A DNA stretch of 64,000 nt from Hydrolagus colliei (taxonomy: Eukaryota): positions 4,278,001 to 4,342,000 of the forward strand of contig CM068750.1 in assembly GCA_035084275.1 (NCBI GenBank), read 5' to 3'. The notes under the pieces are model-generated. The model saw only the letters and a list, made by a program, of their open reading frames with translations. It was not told the origin of the DNA and made no database searches. Positions 1 to 13,527 of the stretch are shown one piece after another. Both the position numbers and the translations under genes were made by a program. The first letter of the stretch is position 1, and each line of letters opens with the position of its first letter.

Positions 1-119
1 ATTGCATTTTTAAAATAACTATACAATGAAGTTATTTTGTAATACAAGTACTGTATATACAAAGAAGATGAATATTTGATCTTTCAGAGCATCTGACGTT
101 GCCTTTTATGTGTACACAG

Positions 120-227
120 GTACAACTACATGAAGACAAAATGAGGAATCTTGAACATGAGGTGGCCACTCTGAATAACCATCTAATGGAAGCTAAGATA
201 ACTATTCATAAACTAACAGAACAAAAC
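120..227 (+). CDS. BEGAIN: BEGAIN internal coding exon (coiled-coil region); gene begins upstream of the window
   Basis: cag|GTA...AAC|gtaagt, 108 nt, phase 0; VQLHEDKMRNLEHEVATLNNHLMEAKITIHKLTEQN resembles the BEGAIN segment ...HEIVALNSHLLEAKVTIDKLSEDN (recalled). Confidence 0.85.
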
Positions 228-982
228 GTAAGTATCAATTTCTTAAAACGCAATGCTGTGGTCTTAAAAAAAATCTGATAGTTACTGAAACAAAACGATC
301 TAGTAAACTTGTCTCCCACATTGATCCAGCATTAATAGTCTCATGGTGGACTCCTGTAGCCACACATGTAACTCTCACATCCTTCACCATCAGACTCAAG
401 AGAATTTCTGAATGTCTGATAGCTGTGTTACAGCTACAGATGCAAGCAGATTATCAAAACATAGGACTGTATTAAAGTTTGCCAGTATTAAAGTACAATA
501 CTGTACAATTACCCCAAGTACTCCTTCTTGCCTATATGTGTTATTTAGTGTGTTTTTTGTGTTATTTAGTGGGTTTAAGGTCCGAAAATTTTGTGAAAAG
601 AACACATCGCAGGTTACATAATGGGACTGCGTGGGAAATCGCGTTTCGATTTAGGACGTTTAGATCTGAGAATAGTTTTTCAGGAATGCAACCCCGTCCT
701 AAATAGAGGTTTACCTGTACTACAGTGAATATAATGTACATCAGTAAAGAGAACGGTTGGGATGAAGATAATGCTGCATTTCAATGACCGATTCAAAAGG
801 AATTTCACTGAATTAAGTGAAATCTAATTAATGTCAAGACTTTTATAGTTGCACACCAAATGACTTCTGACGGTCTACTTCAGATAGAAATCTAATTGTC
901 AGAACATACATAAGAACTGAAGCATTTTTGGTATCCTTTTCTAATGTTACAATTACTTCCTTCAATTCATTTTCTTTTCCAG

Positions 983-1066
983 GAACTCTATCGGAAAGAC
1001 CAAAATTTGGCAGCTCAACTGTTACAGTATGACAAGCCTCCTTACAGGACACACAGGCCTTCAGAG
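983..1066 (+). CDS. BEGAIN: BEGAIN penultimate coding exon
   Basis: Polypyrimidine tract then cag|GAA...GAG|gttact, 84 nt; ELYRKDQNLAAQLLQY matches the BEGAIN motif ELYRKDCNLAAQLLQC. Confidence 0.88.
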
Positions 1067-2217
1067 GTTACTTGAATTACATCCAGTTTCATTTTATTGT
1101 CACGTTTATTTTATGAAGTTGTAAATATTTAGTTTGTTTTCCTGAAAATCACTGCTACCATGAATGCCTGCAAATCTTAAACTAGAGTGTATACCCGGCA
1201 TCGATGCACATTTTGGAGCTTCTATCTTTTCTGTAGAAACTCGCAGTTCATTTTAATTAACGTACATCACCCAGTTATTATTTTTTTAACATGTCTTTGA
1301 GACACTAATTAGTTCATTGTATGCACAATATGAGCACTACCATTTCTTACATAGTAAAGAGATAAATAATCGTCACCTTTGCTTACAGTAACTGATTTCA
1401 ATCATTGCCCTATTGTTCCATTTTGGAAGATACCACACTGGAAATAATCACTGATTACTTAATTAATCAATCCGTGTAACAACCCGAAACAGAAGCTTTA
1501 CAAAGAAGTCTCAAAATCATTTCATTAAATTTACACATAGGTTAACGGAATGGTTCAATGCAACTGAAAAGCATTGGAAATCCCACCATTGTTATATGGT
1601 TTCAGTGAGCCTTAGTACGCTTGTTTGCTCCCTGAGTTCAAGTAGGTGATCAGAAAGATCACAGTCAGTAATGGAAAGCAAGCGTTGAATGCTTCAGTAA
1701 GAAATGCGATGAGTAATAAACACATGTACAATTATCTTAACAATAATGATCTTTGTTGTGTGCAGATTTATCACTTTACTTTGTCAAACGGAACCTAGTT
1801 TTACTACAATAACTATACACACACAGTACTTGCTCACTGAGGTAATCTGAATTAATTTGCTCAACAGAGATAATTTGTTCAAATAACATTATTAAGATGT
1901 GACTTTGAGAAAAGTTTTAAAAATGTACTATCAATAAAGACCTAGGTTTCTGAGATTAAAATATAAAACTTAAGTCTAAACATATGTGAACCGTTGTTCA
2001 CCAAACACTATCAAACTACCCATCCAGTGAAACAGAGGACTATTGTAATTAATTTGCTGCTCAGAAATGGCTGGAAATATTGATTCTCTTGCAATGAGTC
2101 AAGTGTCAAATGGACATCAAATTCCATCGATCCATTGATGTGATGTGTTCTGTTTTCATCATTTGTGTTTAACCACAGTTTGGGGCAATGTCTGACCTTG
2201 TATCCTATTAACCACAG

Positions 2218-3513
2218 ATGGCAACAGAATTTCAAGAGAGAGTTTGTCTTCACGTGGAAGAATCTGAACCAACTAGTCCACCAAGTTCTCCTGTTGGGCC
2301 CTCACTCACACGAGATGCTAGCAATAAGCATAATAAATTGGTAAATGTGGGCAAATTTGGCCAAAGGTCTCCATACAAGGCTGATTTATATTGCAGTGAC
2401 ACAGTTCTTTACTGTCCCGAAAAACAAAAGGCAGACAGCAAACCAAGTTTCGATGCGCAAACGAGAGCTGTTGAGTTCTTCCGAACACAAAGCCTCACGG
2501 GTGGTTGCGGAGATGTGGACAGCCAGCAAGCAAGTCTTTCAAGTGAATATCTTTCCTATAAGACCTCTTCATTAGTTCCCACCCCATACCCGGGCCGCAA
2601 TGTGGTCACAGAGGAGAAAGGAACCATGCAAGCCGAAGCCATCTCAACTTCTGCCAATGGTTCGAGGGATATTCACGTCAGAAAGTTTCATGTCTCACAA
2701 GATCGAGGAGTCTGCCATTCTAGTTTTGATCAGGGAAGACCAACACAACAGTTCGCAGAGATGACTCACGCTCACCAGAATGGGTCCTATCACCACTGTT
2801 CCAAAACTATTCCGACCCGCTTCAGTAACCCACTGCAACTCTCTTGGATGAGCTCTCCCCATGGAGGTGTCCCGAGACAGAACAATGAACCAAGACATAC
2901 GCCGATTCCAGAAAAAGATGCAATGGGGCTTTGGAGGCAAATGAGAATGCAGGATTCTACCCCCATTTCACACAGGGTTCCTGGAATAATTTCAGCCGGC
3001 AGCCATAAAGATCAGCCCTTCAGAGGTTGTCCAGTGAAGCCAGCGGATGACGGGGCAAACCATTTCTTCACTGCTTCGAATCGAGATTACTTTCCCGACG
3101 GGGAGGACTCATTTCAAACCAGGTTCACGGAATCGGGCTTTGGAGCCGATAACTATCACCCCAGTTCGGAAACCGACGACAGCAGTGATTCGAGTTATGA
3201 GAAATTTGCCATTCACAGGCAAAGTGATGCCGGTGGGGACCTGCACGTCATTGTCAATAAAAATGTCGCAAATCAAACCTGCATGAAAAATGCAGAGTAC
3301 CTCAGAAAGGCATTAAAAGAATATGTTCACGTTGATGCAAATAGTCCAGGGGATTATGTATACCTTCCCCAAGTGCAAACATTAGAGCGTCGTCATCTAT
3401 CCTTAGATGCTACTGATTTTAATAGTAAAGAAGGATCCATATTGAAGCTGGATGGTCTAAACAGGAAAGACAGCCTCACCAAGGCTCAATTATATGGAAA
3501 CTTGCTCAATTAG
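2218..3513 (+). CDS. BEGAIN: BEGAIN large terminal coding exon (the ATG at 2218 is internal, directly after the cag acceptor)
   Basis: 431-codon ORF starting MATEFQERVCLHVE, containing YKADLYCSDTVLYCPE and ending RKDSLTKAQLYGNLLN*, the characteristic BEGAIN C-terminus; syntenic with WDR25. Confidence 0.92.
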   Translation: MATEFQERVCLHVEESEPTSPPSSPVGPSLTRDASNKHNKLVNVGKFGQRSPYKADLYCSDTVLYCPEKQKADSKPSFDAQTRAVEFFRTQSLTGGCGDVDSQQASLSSEYLSYKTSSLVPTPYPGRNVVTEEKGTMQAEAISTSANGSRDIHVRKFHVSQDRGVCHSSFDQGRPTQQFAEMTHAHQNGSYHHCSKTIPTRFSNPLQLSWMSSPHGGVPRQNNEPRHTPIPEKDAMGLWRQMRMQDSTPISHRVPGIISAGSHKDQPFRGCPVKPADDGANHFFTASNRDYFPDGEDSFQTRFTESGFGADNYHPSSETDDSSDSSYEKFAIHRQSDAGGDLHVIVNKNVANQTCMKNAEYLRKALKEYVHVDANSPGDYVYLPQVQTLERRHLSLDATDFNSKEGSILKLDGLNRKDSLTKAQLYGNLLN

Positions 3514-5400
3514 CAACAAATGCAGAGAATAAATTATTCCCCGTCCTGATGTTCAAAGTCATGCATTATATACTTCACCGTAAAAATGTCCTCCTTCTGT
3601 GCATCTCCTCAGTATAATACTACAGTATATAACTAATGTTAGAAAACATTTGGTTGTAGATATAGACACCAAGATGAAATTCTGGTGGATTTCTATCACT
3701 CCGCAGCAACCAACAATACTTAAATTATGTGATGAATCTGACATTCTAAACTGTAGTCAATTGCTCTTTATTTTTTTCAATATAACGTACTCTCAAATGC
3801 AAGAGATATTATATAATTTACCAGAATATATATGGACCAAAGTAGATCTATAGTCTAGATAATTTACTTTTCCCCAAAAATACTATATGTGCAATAAATG
3901 TGGTTACTTAGATCTATTTTTAAAAAAATATTTATTTTGACTTTTACAAATCCCTCGTCATAATACAGTTGCAAAGGTACAGATAAGATGATTTTTAAAG
4001 GCAATGATTCCATTGGGTTGAGTTTGTGTATCCTTAAGTCGTAAATCCTGATGCATTTCAAGAGAACCAAAAGTCATGTTTGTTATGGAATTTGAAAGTA
4101 ATGGGAACTTGCAACACGATGAAGGTTGGATTCAAAAGAAGTCAACCAAGTTGTGTTACTTTGGTTTACTTTTGAACTATTGCTGGATTATAGGAGGAAG
4201 TGCCTTCTGTTTGAGTTTCTGTAACGTTGGGGATCTGAGAAAGCAAAGCAAATACACACGGAAAATGTACTTGCTCCAAAACAGCGTGAAAAGACCTCAC
4301 AAGTCCTTCAGCAAAAGCAAGGGAGTTGATTGTTGCCTAACCAACAGGTTAAGTCAATTCCATGATCTTCTCAACTGTAGGAAGCAAATGAATTATAATT
4401 GATATCCAAGACATTGTCAGGAAATTGCTTCCAGGAATATATGCTGTGTGAACTTGATAGTATCTGTCCGTACTTGTATGTTGTACTAGTTTGTTCAAGT
4501 CATACTGAATGTAGCTGCTCAGGGCACTGCATTGTTCCTGTATTTTGTTTTCTTTGCCATTTTTTCCCCCTCGGTTCAAGCTTTTTCGTAACAACCTGAT
4601 TAATGTTTGTTCTGCTGTTTCCTCTCATTCTCTGAGAAACCTTCTCTTGAACACTACTCAATACCACTTATTGAGCAGGAACTCAATGCAACTGCACTCT
4701 TCACTTATTGATGTTCAAGGGGGCAATGAAAAAGCAAATGATTTCGGACAAGTATTGTGAGGAAATCCAAGGAGAGACTACACTGTATACCACATTAAAG
4801 TATTAGATGATTATCCTTCCATCTTTGTGATTCTAGTTTCTTCATTATACCACATATATGCTTCATTTTTTTTAACTACTGTATATTACACAATGCAAAA
4901 ACATGAGTCAGATGGGCGTCTGACAAGACATCACTCTAAAAGCATAACCCATACAGAATTACAAACCTGATTTGGAAATGTGGTTGAAATCTGTTTTGAT
5001 TTGACATTAACACTCGCAATTAATATAATTATTAGCCCCTTGCATAAGATCCGGCAGATTCTAAATATTGTGAAGGATATTGAGGCCTAATCAAAGAATT
5101 AATTGCAGCTGAAGGCAAACACTCAAACACCGCTTTCAGAATATCAACCAACTAAATTAAAAAATATATAAATACAGTACTGTACTTTAAAAATAAATTC
5201 TCTCATTCAACTGAATTCTTCTGGATTTATTCAATTTTATGAAAGAGGACAACATCAAACAAACACTTTCTCAGAAGAGACGTACATTTACTTTGAAACA
5301 ATGCATTTTTTTTTAGCTATTACGCTATGAAGGGGCCGAACAATGAATTGTGACATTTACTTGTGACTTAAATTATTTTCTGCAATATGCGGAATTATCA

Positions 5401-5622
5401 TCAGTGCCAAACTTTGATTTCTCCACTCCAGTCACAAGTTGCAATAATAGAAGGGTGTACAGGGTGAAAGGAAACGTCAACACAGGCCTCTCGGTGAGCA
5501 GGCAAAGTACGGATGAGTTTTGAATTCAGGTAGTTGTAAAAGTAAACTGTCCCGTCAGCACTTCCAGTAGCAATTAGGGTCCCATCGGGTGAAAATTCGC
5601 AGCCCACTGCATAGCCTTCCAC
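5401..5622 (-). CDS. WDR25: WDR25 last coding exon (WD40 repeats, stop TGA)
   Basis: ttacag|GTG; VEGYAVGCEFSPDGTLIATGSADG...IATCDWSGEIKVWH*; 222 nt. Confidence 0.93.
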   Translation of the reverse strand: MEGYAVGCEFSPDGTLIATGSADGTVYFYNYLNSKLIRTLPAHREACVDVSFHPVHPSIIATCDWSGEIKVWH

Positions 5623-5719
5623 CTGTAACATAGGGAGAAAGTTCATGAATGCTTGGTGGTGATCATTCAAGGAATAAAATACAGATTTCTTCATATAGTG
5701 CTGTGATGGATAACAGCAA

Positions 5720-5995
5720 CAACAACAAATTACATTTGTAGAGCACCTTTCTGGTCTGAAGAACGTTGGGACAGTTAAGGGTTTACACCTGAGTTGGGGG
5801 ATTGGAATCAAGAAAGTTGGAGTGGCTGTGGGGAGGAGGAGGAAAATATTAAAGGCACATTCAAAGAGGAAGATCTTGAGACGGCTTTAAAAGATAAAGG
5901 AGATGGTCAGATGCAGTGGAGGGGGCTCTGGGATTGAGTTCCAGATGGTGGGGGTAGAAACCTGATCACTAATGATGCGGTGGTAGGGAGGGGAC
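5720..5995 (-). mobile_element. Degenerate L2 3' remnant
   Basis: (AAC)n tail, GATCTTGAGACGGCTTTAAA and GGATTGAGTTCCAGA blocks. Confidence 0.55.
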
Positions 5996-7740
5996 TTGTG
6001 GAATTTAACCACACGCCTGCGGATGACATCGCTGAGGGGGTGACATCAATATTAAAAAGGATAGCAAACCTTTACATTTCATCTGAATGCGGCAACATGC
6101 AAAATTTTGTAAGTGTCAATGCTGCCAAACCTTTCCCTCGCCGCATCTGAGCAACTATTTAGAACCGAGAAAGAGCAAAGCCCACAACTGTCCATCACTC
6201 CAGCACAGAGGCCTCAGATAGCAGTGTCCGAGTTCTTGCACGCTGGTTGAGTGCTATGCAGAGATGAGGCACTGCATCCCAAAGCTGAGCCAAAACAAGA
6301 CCGCAGCACATCACCACTGGAGTCACACTATCTGTCATCATTGACAGTGACGTTTTCAGAGATTCATGATCCAAACCATCAAACACGGATAAACGAGTTT
6401 CCCTTGGAACTGCTTCCTAAACCAGCTGTTTTCATGCATGAATGGGGATTTGCACAGAACAAAATCAAACTGCCTTGTTTCAGCTTCATTCTGTAAAAAT
6501 TTCAATTTGCCCAGAGAGAACATTTTTGGTTCAAACCATCCTTTTCCTTTAACAAAATACAGTAGAAATAAATGTTTTGTGCATGCCAACATTGCTTCAA
6601 GTCTGTGATTGATTTCACGCTCTCACTGTTTTGGACCAGTAGATTTCCCTGGATGCCTCTTCCATGTGACTACTTGATTTAGCGTGTGGGATTGCACCTG
6701 TAATGTCTAATGATTTAGAGAGACCAACAAGCAAGGCTTCCCGATTATATCATCATTTTCACGGTATGAAGGATGCGCAGCAGACCCTTAACCAGCTGAG
6801 CAAAGGCGACAAGTAGAGGAGTGGGAATATGAACAGATCTGAGAGCTATAGAGGTGCCAGGGGCATCATGAGATTTGAAAATGAGAATGAGGATCTAGAA
6901 ATTGATCCATTCTACGATAGAGAGCCAGTGGAGCCTGGCAAGAACTAATAAAGATTATTAACACCTTTAGTACGGATGGTGCTTCCTGGATTGAACATTT
7001 GTTAATACAGTATATTATGCCAATCATTGAACATTTGTCTTGTTGAAAGGATGAATGTACACTAAAATTGAACTCACTCAACCTTCACCACCTACAGCAG
7101 AGGGAAAAAAAACAGATCACATTGTTTCCTGTTGATTTTACTCCCTATTTGACCTCAAGTCAGAATAGATACCTGTTGGATATTTGATGTGGGAGACCAG
7201 CAGTGAAATCAATCAATGTCGACAATACACACATCAAGATTAGATCTGCTTGAGATCCCAAAACTTGATTTTACAGCACACTAGGTTTTAAAGGCTAAAC
7301 TGAGTACATAGGTCATTAATACTGTAAATATATAGTGTTTCAACATCTCACCTTTGAGGGAAGGATTAAGGTTTATCACAATAATAGACCTTGTTTGAAG
7401 CACTGAACTGAAGAAGCTGCATTTATGACTCCCCAAAATTAAAATTAAAATGGATCTCACAGTGAGTGAGATTTGGGATCACATTATCAGCTTGGAGTTT
7501 TGAATCATCGAATGTAGCGACAGGATAATTAGTTGATATAGGAGTCCCCTGAGGAGGGATGTAAGAGATGTTTGGAGCTTTCATACACAGCTGGATACAC
7601 AGCTTTGATATACAACTGGGCTTTTTTCCCACTGAGTATCACTAATTAAAATAAGGATTATCTGTCTGTACAGAGAAGCCTGAATATGCTGTGTCATAGA
7701 GTGGTAGGATATGGCTTTATGTTGTGATTTTGTGCATGTG

Positions 7741-8260
7741 TTTTGTCACCTCCCGCTTGGATTATACGCAACCTATTCCTCGCCGGTCTCCCCAACTCCA
7801 TCATCCAAAAGATCCAGCTGATTCAGGACTCTGCGGCCCGCATACTGACCCAGACCAAACTCTGTACCCACATCTCACCAGTTCTGGCCCAGGCTCCACT
7901 GGCTCCCCGTCATCGAACGGATCGACTTCAAGATCCTCACACTCGTATTCAAATCCACTCACTCCCTGGCACCTCCCTACCTCTCCGACCTCCTCACTCC
8001 CCAAACCACCACCCAGCCGATGACTCCGCTGGACCGGCACCGGGCTCCTGATTGTCCCTCGTTCCCTCCGTCCCACCTTCGGAGGTCGTGCTTTCAGCCC
8101 ACTACTCCCGCAAACTCTGGAACACTCTCCCTCAATCCCTCCACCTTGCCCTCCCCTCTCTCGCTCTTTTCAAGCCCAGCCTGAAAACCTTCCTCTATGA
8201 CCGTGCTTATGGCCAACTGTCCACAATCGCCCCCCAACCCCTGGTTTGGAGTCACTGTTA
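7741..8260 (+). mobile_element. L2-clade LINE 3' remnant (frameshifted ORF2 C-terminus)
   Basis: Frames give FVTSRLDY, LAGLP, IQLIQDSAARIL, HISPVL, HWLP and LWNTLP, motifs typical of the L2 ORF2 end. Confidence 0.85.
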
Positions 8261-8308
8261 AGAGCTCCAAGGTTGGGTGGGGGGGGGGGGGTTAAATGGG
8301 AAATGTAC

Positions 8309-8449
8309 CTTATGTCCCTCATATCGTTTCCTTTTGTTCATCCTGTATGGTCGCTGAGTAGAAAAAAGCACCATGTAACTGCCATTGGTCTGTGCAACAA
8401 AAACAGCTTCTTTTGGATGGACAGCCATACACGGGATGGTGTATCTTTC
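8309..8449 (-). CDS. WDR25: WDR25 coding exon 5
   Basis: cacag|GAA...AAG|gtacat, 141 nt; [47 protein letters not shown]. Confidence 0.92.
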
Positions 8450-9438
8450 CTGTGAGGGAATGGGATGGAGAAGGAGTTTTGATGTTACACTTATTTAATC
8501 TTTTACAGTACTTTTTTTTAAAAAAACATAAAATTGCCAATTACTGCTAATTTCTGTGGACTCCAGGTGTTTCAGCAATTGAATTGAATAGAAAAATAAT
8601 GTCCAGTCTTTTTCTATTCTCCTTTCCTTAGAATAAGAGAGAGAAATAAGACGATTTGGCCCTTTATTCTAAGACACCACAGGAAACTACTGACTGCCCC
8701 TCAAACGTATAGTTATTTGGCATACAGTAGTTATACATTTTTGCTTTGGGAAAGTAAAGATCCTGATTTTTATTAAATCATTGTATCTAATCCGTTTGTC
8801 TAAAAACCCCCCAGTAAAATCCTGTGAAGTGTTTTGGGACGTCCTCACAACACGAAAGGCAAATGCAAGGATTGTTATTATTATAATCCAGTGAAACATA
8901 TGATTAACATCGATAACAAAATAAATCCCCCGTTAATTTTCTTCTCAGTTAAATAACCTTGAGGTTCCTTTGTCGCTGTCAGAATCTAAATTGATTATGA
9001 ATTTCTCGGAAGACATTTCTACGATAGATCTTTACTGGTAAAAAATAAATAGATGTAATGTTATGTGCTAACATAACAATCCATAGAAAGATTTAGATTT
9101 AGTAATGGTCATATTCTGACACTGATTGACGTGCGACTGAAAACTGGATCGTTAGTATTGCCAGTGCTACAGGGAGAATCACAAGTACTGCATTGGCAAT
9201 TTACTGTAATAGTGTTATATGGATTATACCACAGGAGAGAGATTCAACCACAAGCAAGTTCCTTCTCATTATTTAGTCGAATGAACGGCAGTGGCAGGAA
9301 AGATTCAGTACTGGTTATGTTACTCCAGCATCTTGTGTGGGTGCAATAAAAAATAAAATTGCTCGGGTCAATGGACACCAAAGGAGTCCACTGTACAGGG
9401 TGACTTTGACGAAGAAATAATAACCCTGTTGACCTTAC

Positions 9439-9609
9439 ATGAAAAATCTGATTGGAGATTTTTGCAGACGTCTGGAAATCCCAAGCAATAACAGTTCTGT
9501 CTGCTGAGTCTCTGCTGGCCACATCTGTGCTGGTAACAAACTCCTTTCCGCCCGGAAGGAAAAGAATGTCAAGTGTTTGCTGTATTCCAGCACTGTATTC
9601 GTTGACTAC
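9439..9609 (-). CDS. WDR25: WDR25 coding exon 4
   Basis: tgcag|GTA...CAT|gtaagg, 171 nt; [57 protein letters not shown]. Confidence 0.93.
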
Positions 9610-9644
9610 CTGCAATAAAAGAGTTAATAAACATTAACTACAGA

Positions 9645-9910
9645 GAACGGGGAACAGGAGGAGGCTATTCGTCGCATTAAGCCTGTTACACAGTTCATTT
9701 GATTTTGGTAGATCTTTTGATCATAATGCTCTAACTTTTTTACCATAGATCTTAATACCTTTCCTACCCAAGTTATCTGTCTTTCTCTTTATGAAACTGT
9801 ACTGATTCTACCTGTTCAGTTATCTTGGGCAGAGCATTTCTACATTTTAACAACCCCCAAGCGTGAGAAATGCTTTGTGACCTCAATTCTCCCAGCTGTG
9901 ATTCAAATTT
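9645..9910 (-). mobile_element. Degenerate CR1-type 3' remnant
   Basis: GGAACAGGAGGAGGCTATTC start and GCATTTCTACATTTTAACAACCC...GAGAAATG block resemble the 3' part of the CR1 at 40.5 kb. Confidence 0.45.
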
Positions 9911-10051
9911 GCAAGCTATGTGGGCAGAAGAAGCTCTCGGGATGTGAAGTCCTGACCTGTGGATGTGACATTAAATGACTTTGACTTGGCAACCTGGCTG
10001 TTGCCAAGTTACTTTAGATGAAATTGTGCAAGTCATAATCTGTTCCTCTAC

Positions 10052-10182
10052 CTTGCAATTTCTTGTATCCCACGCTTTTATGGTTGAGCTAAATCCTCCA
10101 GTCAGAAAGCTGCTTTGGTGCACAGGATTGAATGCCAGGCAGGTGATTCGACATCCATTGTGAAGACTGACGATCTGCTTTC
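10052..10182 (-). CDS. WDR25: WDR25 coding exon 3
   Basis: cccacag|GA...AAG|gtagag, 131 nt, phase 1 to 0; KQIVSLHNGCRITCLAFNPVHQSSFLTGGFSSTIKAWDTRNCK (WD repeat). Confidence 0.9.
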
Positions 10183-12650
10183 CTGTGGGGGTAGAAAGAA
10201 AGCTTTACTGCAAAGTAGGGATGCTTTTATTAAAGCAGGCTTTGTGGTCCAATGTCCCACTTGCATCAGTTTGAAAATATACAGATCACAGAGTTAAACG
10301 TTTAGGTTAAAGGAAAGATGATTTTTAAACAACGACAAAATTACACTTGTATAGCGCCTTTCACTTCAGGAGGATGTCCCAAGGCGCTAAACAGGTTTGT
10401 GGCTTCCCCAAAAGGCTGTCGAAAAAATGCACCAGGACCGGTATTCCAGGTTGGTCGAACTGGCTGGCGTGAGTTTATGATATATGGAACATAATAGGGT
10501 TGTATTAAAATCTCAATTTTACCAAGAACACTTTGAACACATTGGAAATGAGATGATAATGTGAATAATCTCAGCCACAATGATCTAATTATTATAGTTC
10601 GGAGCAGCTATCTCGCAAATCTTGCTAAGACTGCAGTTGGTGGATGTGTGCCTCTGGAGAGAAGCAGCATGAGTAGTGTAATGAGGAGCAGTGAAAGAGC
10701 TCACTGCTCTTACAATAGGCCCCATTAAAATAATTGGAAAAAGTTAATTACAATGGTAAAAATTAATTTACTTTCAACGTGACATTTAAAGTGTAACAAA
10801 CAGAATAGGTCTTGGCCGGAGGTGAATTACATAAATCTCTCCACTCGTAATGCTAACGCCATGATCTACAAGAAACAAACGGTCCATTTATATCTTAGGA
10901 TACTTGAAATCTGCCTCAACAGGGCATGGGGTAGCCATTTCCAAAGTACGAGCTGCAATTTTCAGTCCCTGGGAAAGTTTCACAGCCTTACAATAAACAA
11001 ACCTCATGAGTGAAATGTAGACCCATGTAGGGATATGGTGACAAAAGATCAGAAACAAAATGGTGCATTATCTTCATGGCACTGTAGTAAACTACAAAGT
11101 CTTCACACCTTTGTGTTTTCTAGATACATACAAGTCCTCAGATCACAATCTGTGCAGACTTGGCTCGGGCCTTTGAGCACTAAGATTGCCTTAAACTGCT
11201 CTTCCCGCCTACTCTCCCACTAGGGGACATTTGCTGGAAATTGCGGGAAATTCATGTGCACACATGAATATTGAGTAAAGGCATTGTTCAATTCAAATCT
11301 GACCCTCTCCACTGTGTAATAGTCAGCTGACTCGCTGTTTGGGCCCAACGTGAAGAATAAATATTTGAGCAACAGAGTATGGACCTACCAAAGCCAACAG
11401 AGCCATACCCAGTAAGAATTAGCCACCAGGTGAGAAAACAGACAAAACTATGAAATGACTCAAATTAAAATAGCAGAATCGGCTTAAGGTTATTGCCAAA
11501 CTAGTGGTGATAACTCTTTTCAATATCAGGGATATCAACAACAAGAAGAACAAAATTTCATTGTATAGCGCCTTTCAAGTCCCAAGGCGCTGCTTATCAG
11601 AATATTATTTCTACAGCAAACGGAGGAAATTGTCTTGGCCAAGTATTGCATATTGTGGATATATTTACAGAATGCAAATAATTCATTATTCATGAATGCT
11701 GAAATAATTAATGAGAATGTCGTTGCCAGCATTGAGATACCATCAGTGTCCACTAATGAGATTAACCAGACATTATTTTTATCCCATGAATCTTACAAAA
11801 CTGGTGGTCCTAGCACTGACTTTCACGGGAGTCCTGAAACATAAATAAGCCAGTGATTTGCTCGATATCTGTTAGATGAGCAAACAAAACATTTGATTCC
11901 TGCTCGGAGCATGTAGCATCGGTGATGTAAATGACTTAATGACATTTTTTTAAAAAAAGAAGAAAGGAGCTTATTTCCTTCTAATTTCACCGTGTTCAGC
12001 AAAATGAAATGACTCTCCTCTCCACTGCCCTAAATCTGTTCAGCAGTGATCACCATTTCCTACACCGGTCACGCATGGTGCTTAATTATGACTCTTCATC
12101 AATTAGGTCTTTCTTGCAAGTTCCTTCGAGTGCCAGAGACATAACCCACCAGATGTTCTTCCTTACCACGAAACTAAGAGTTTCCTCTGGGGAATTAACC
12201 TACATAATAAATTCATCATGGCAAGTATGATTCTGTCTACTGATCTCCAACTGTAAAACACTCAATTACTGCGGGTTGTGCGAAAAAGGGGGTTTTGCAA
12301 AGCGTGTTGGATAACACAGCGGTTGGATTTCGCGAAGCAATAATAAGTGCTTTATTCACAAAATGGAGTGCAATTATTTTGAAGTGATCGGATTTATGAA
12401 CCAGCAGACACACATTTTCATCGAATGCGACACACTGCTAGAAACATGCGAAGAAGCTTTTCAATTTTGCATAAACTAATTTCAGAAACTAGGAGGCGTT
12501 CGGATTCTATCGCAAGACAGATGGCTGCAAACCACAATTAAGAGAGCTATAGGCATCAGGCACAGCGAGTACGAAAATGAGAAGGATAATTGTTGACGGT
12601 TGGTGGAAGTCTGCCTTGATTAGAATGTTTCCCTTAATATAGTACCTACT

Positions 12651-12968
12651 GGAGTCCTGTAGGTCAGTGATTAGAGCACTTGTCTTACAAGCGTGAGACC
12701 TGGGTTCAATTCCAGGCAGGGTGAAACCTTGGGCAGGTTTCCTTATACTCCACATGCCTAATAATAATCCCTCAATAAACAATAATAAATTGGTCATTTC
12801 AACCCATGACTGTTTGTGGGGATGCTGCTGTGTGCAATTGGCTGCTGCGTTTTGCCCTCAAATATACAGTCAATTCACTTTACAGTATATTCTGTGAAGT
12901 GCTTTGAGACATCTAGAAGACATGAAATTGCGCTATATCAAACAGCAAGGATTATTATCATTATTATT
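12651..12968 (+). mobile_element. tRNA-derived SINE, full length, L2-type tail
   Basis: GGAGTCCTGTAG head with A/B-box-like motifs, GCTGTGTGCAATTGGCTG body, AAGTGCTTTGAGAC...(ATT)n tail. Confidence 0.88.
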
Positions 12969-13294
12969 CCCTTTGGAGCCCTCCCCAAAGTAGTCATTGC
13001 TACCCTGTCACTGTTGATCATGTACCTTTAGATCATTATACCTTTAGATTCGTCAGTAAGTCACATCACATTTAAAGGCACATCAAATTGGAGTGAAGTG
13101 GTAGGAACCCAAAGCGAATCACAGCAGAGTCCCCGGCTTTCAGTGGCGAATCAATTCCTATCTCTGCAATATTAACTAGTGCGTGTGAATCAATTCTGGA
13201 CCCACTCTGAAAGGGTCCCTTCAAGGCAGACGCTGACTGCTTTAAAGCACATACTCTCTTTACTCTCCGCCATCACATTGGCTATTTTAATTAT

Positions 13295-13527
13295 TTGGGG
13301 CAAGTTTCCTTACTTCACATCCACACCTAATAATAATAATTATAATCCCTCAAAAAACAACAATAATAAATTGGTCACTTCAATCCACGACCGTTTGTGG
13401 AACACTGCTGTGCATTTCGCCCACAAATATGGAGTCAATTCACTTTACAGTATATCCTGCGAAGCTCTTTGAGACGTTCAGAAGACGTGAAAAGCGCTAT
13501 ATCAAATGCATGGATTATTATTATTAT
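13295..13527 (+). mobile_element. Same SINE family, 5'-truncated
   Basis: Starts at GGGCAAGTTTCCTTAC; has body and (ATT)n tail. Confidence 0.85.

Noticed and set aside
545-719. Possible Tigger-like transposon end (GAGGTTTACCTGTA)
   Set aside because: No matching second TIR found, so the element could not be delimited
2171-2217. Alternative in-frame acceptor (duplicated AACCACAG) 39 nt upstream of the BEGAIN last exon
   Set aside because: The added segment contains an in-frame TAA, so it would truncate the protein; no support for use
4076-4402. 108-aa ORF downstream of BEGAIN
   Set aside because: No recognisable homology; probably 3' UTR
12890-12898. GAS-like TTCTGTGAA present in most SINE copies
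   Set aside because: Weak match to STAT consensus and simply part of the repeat body; no evidence of function
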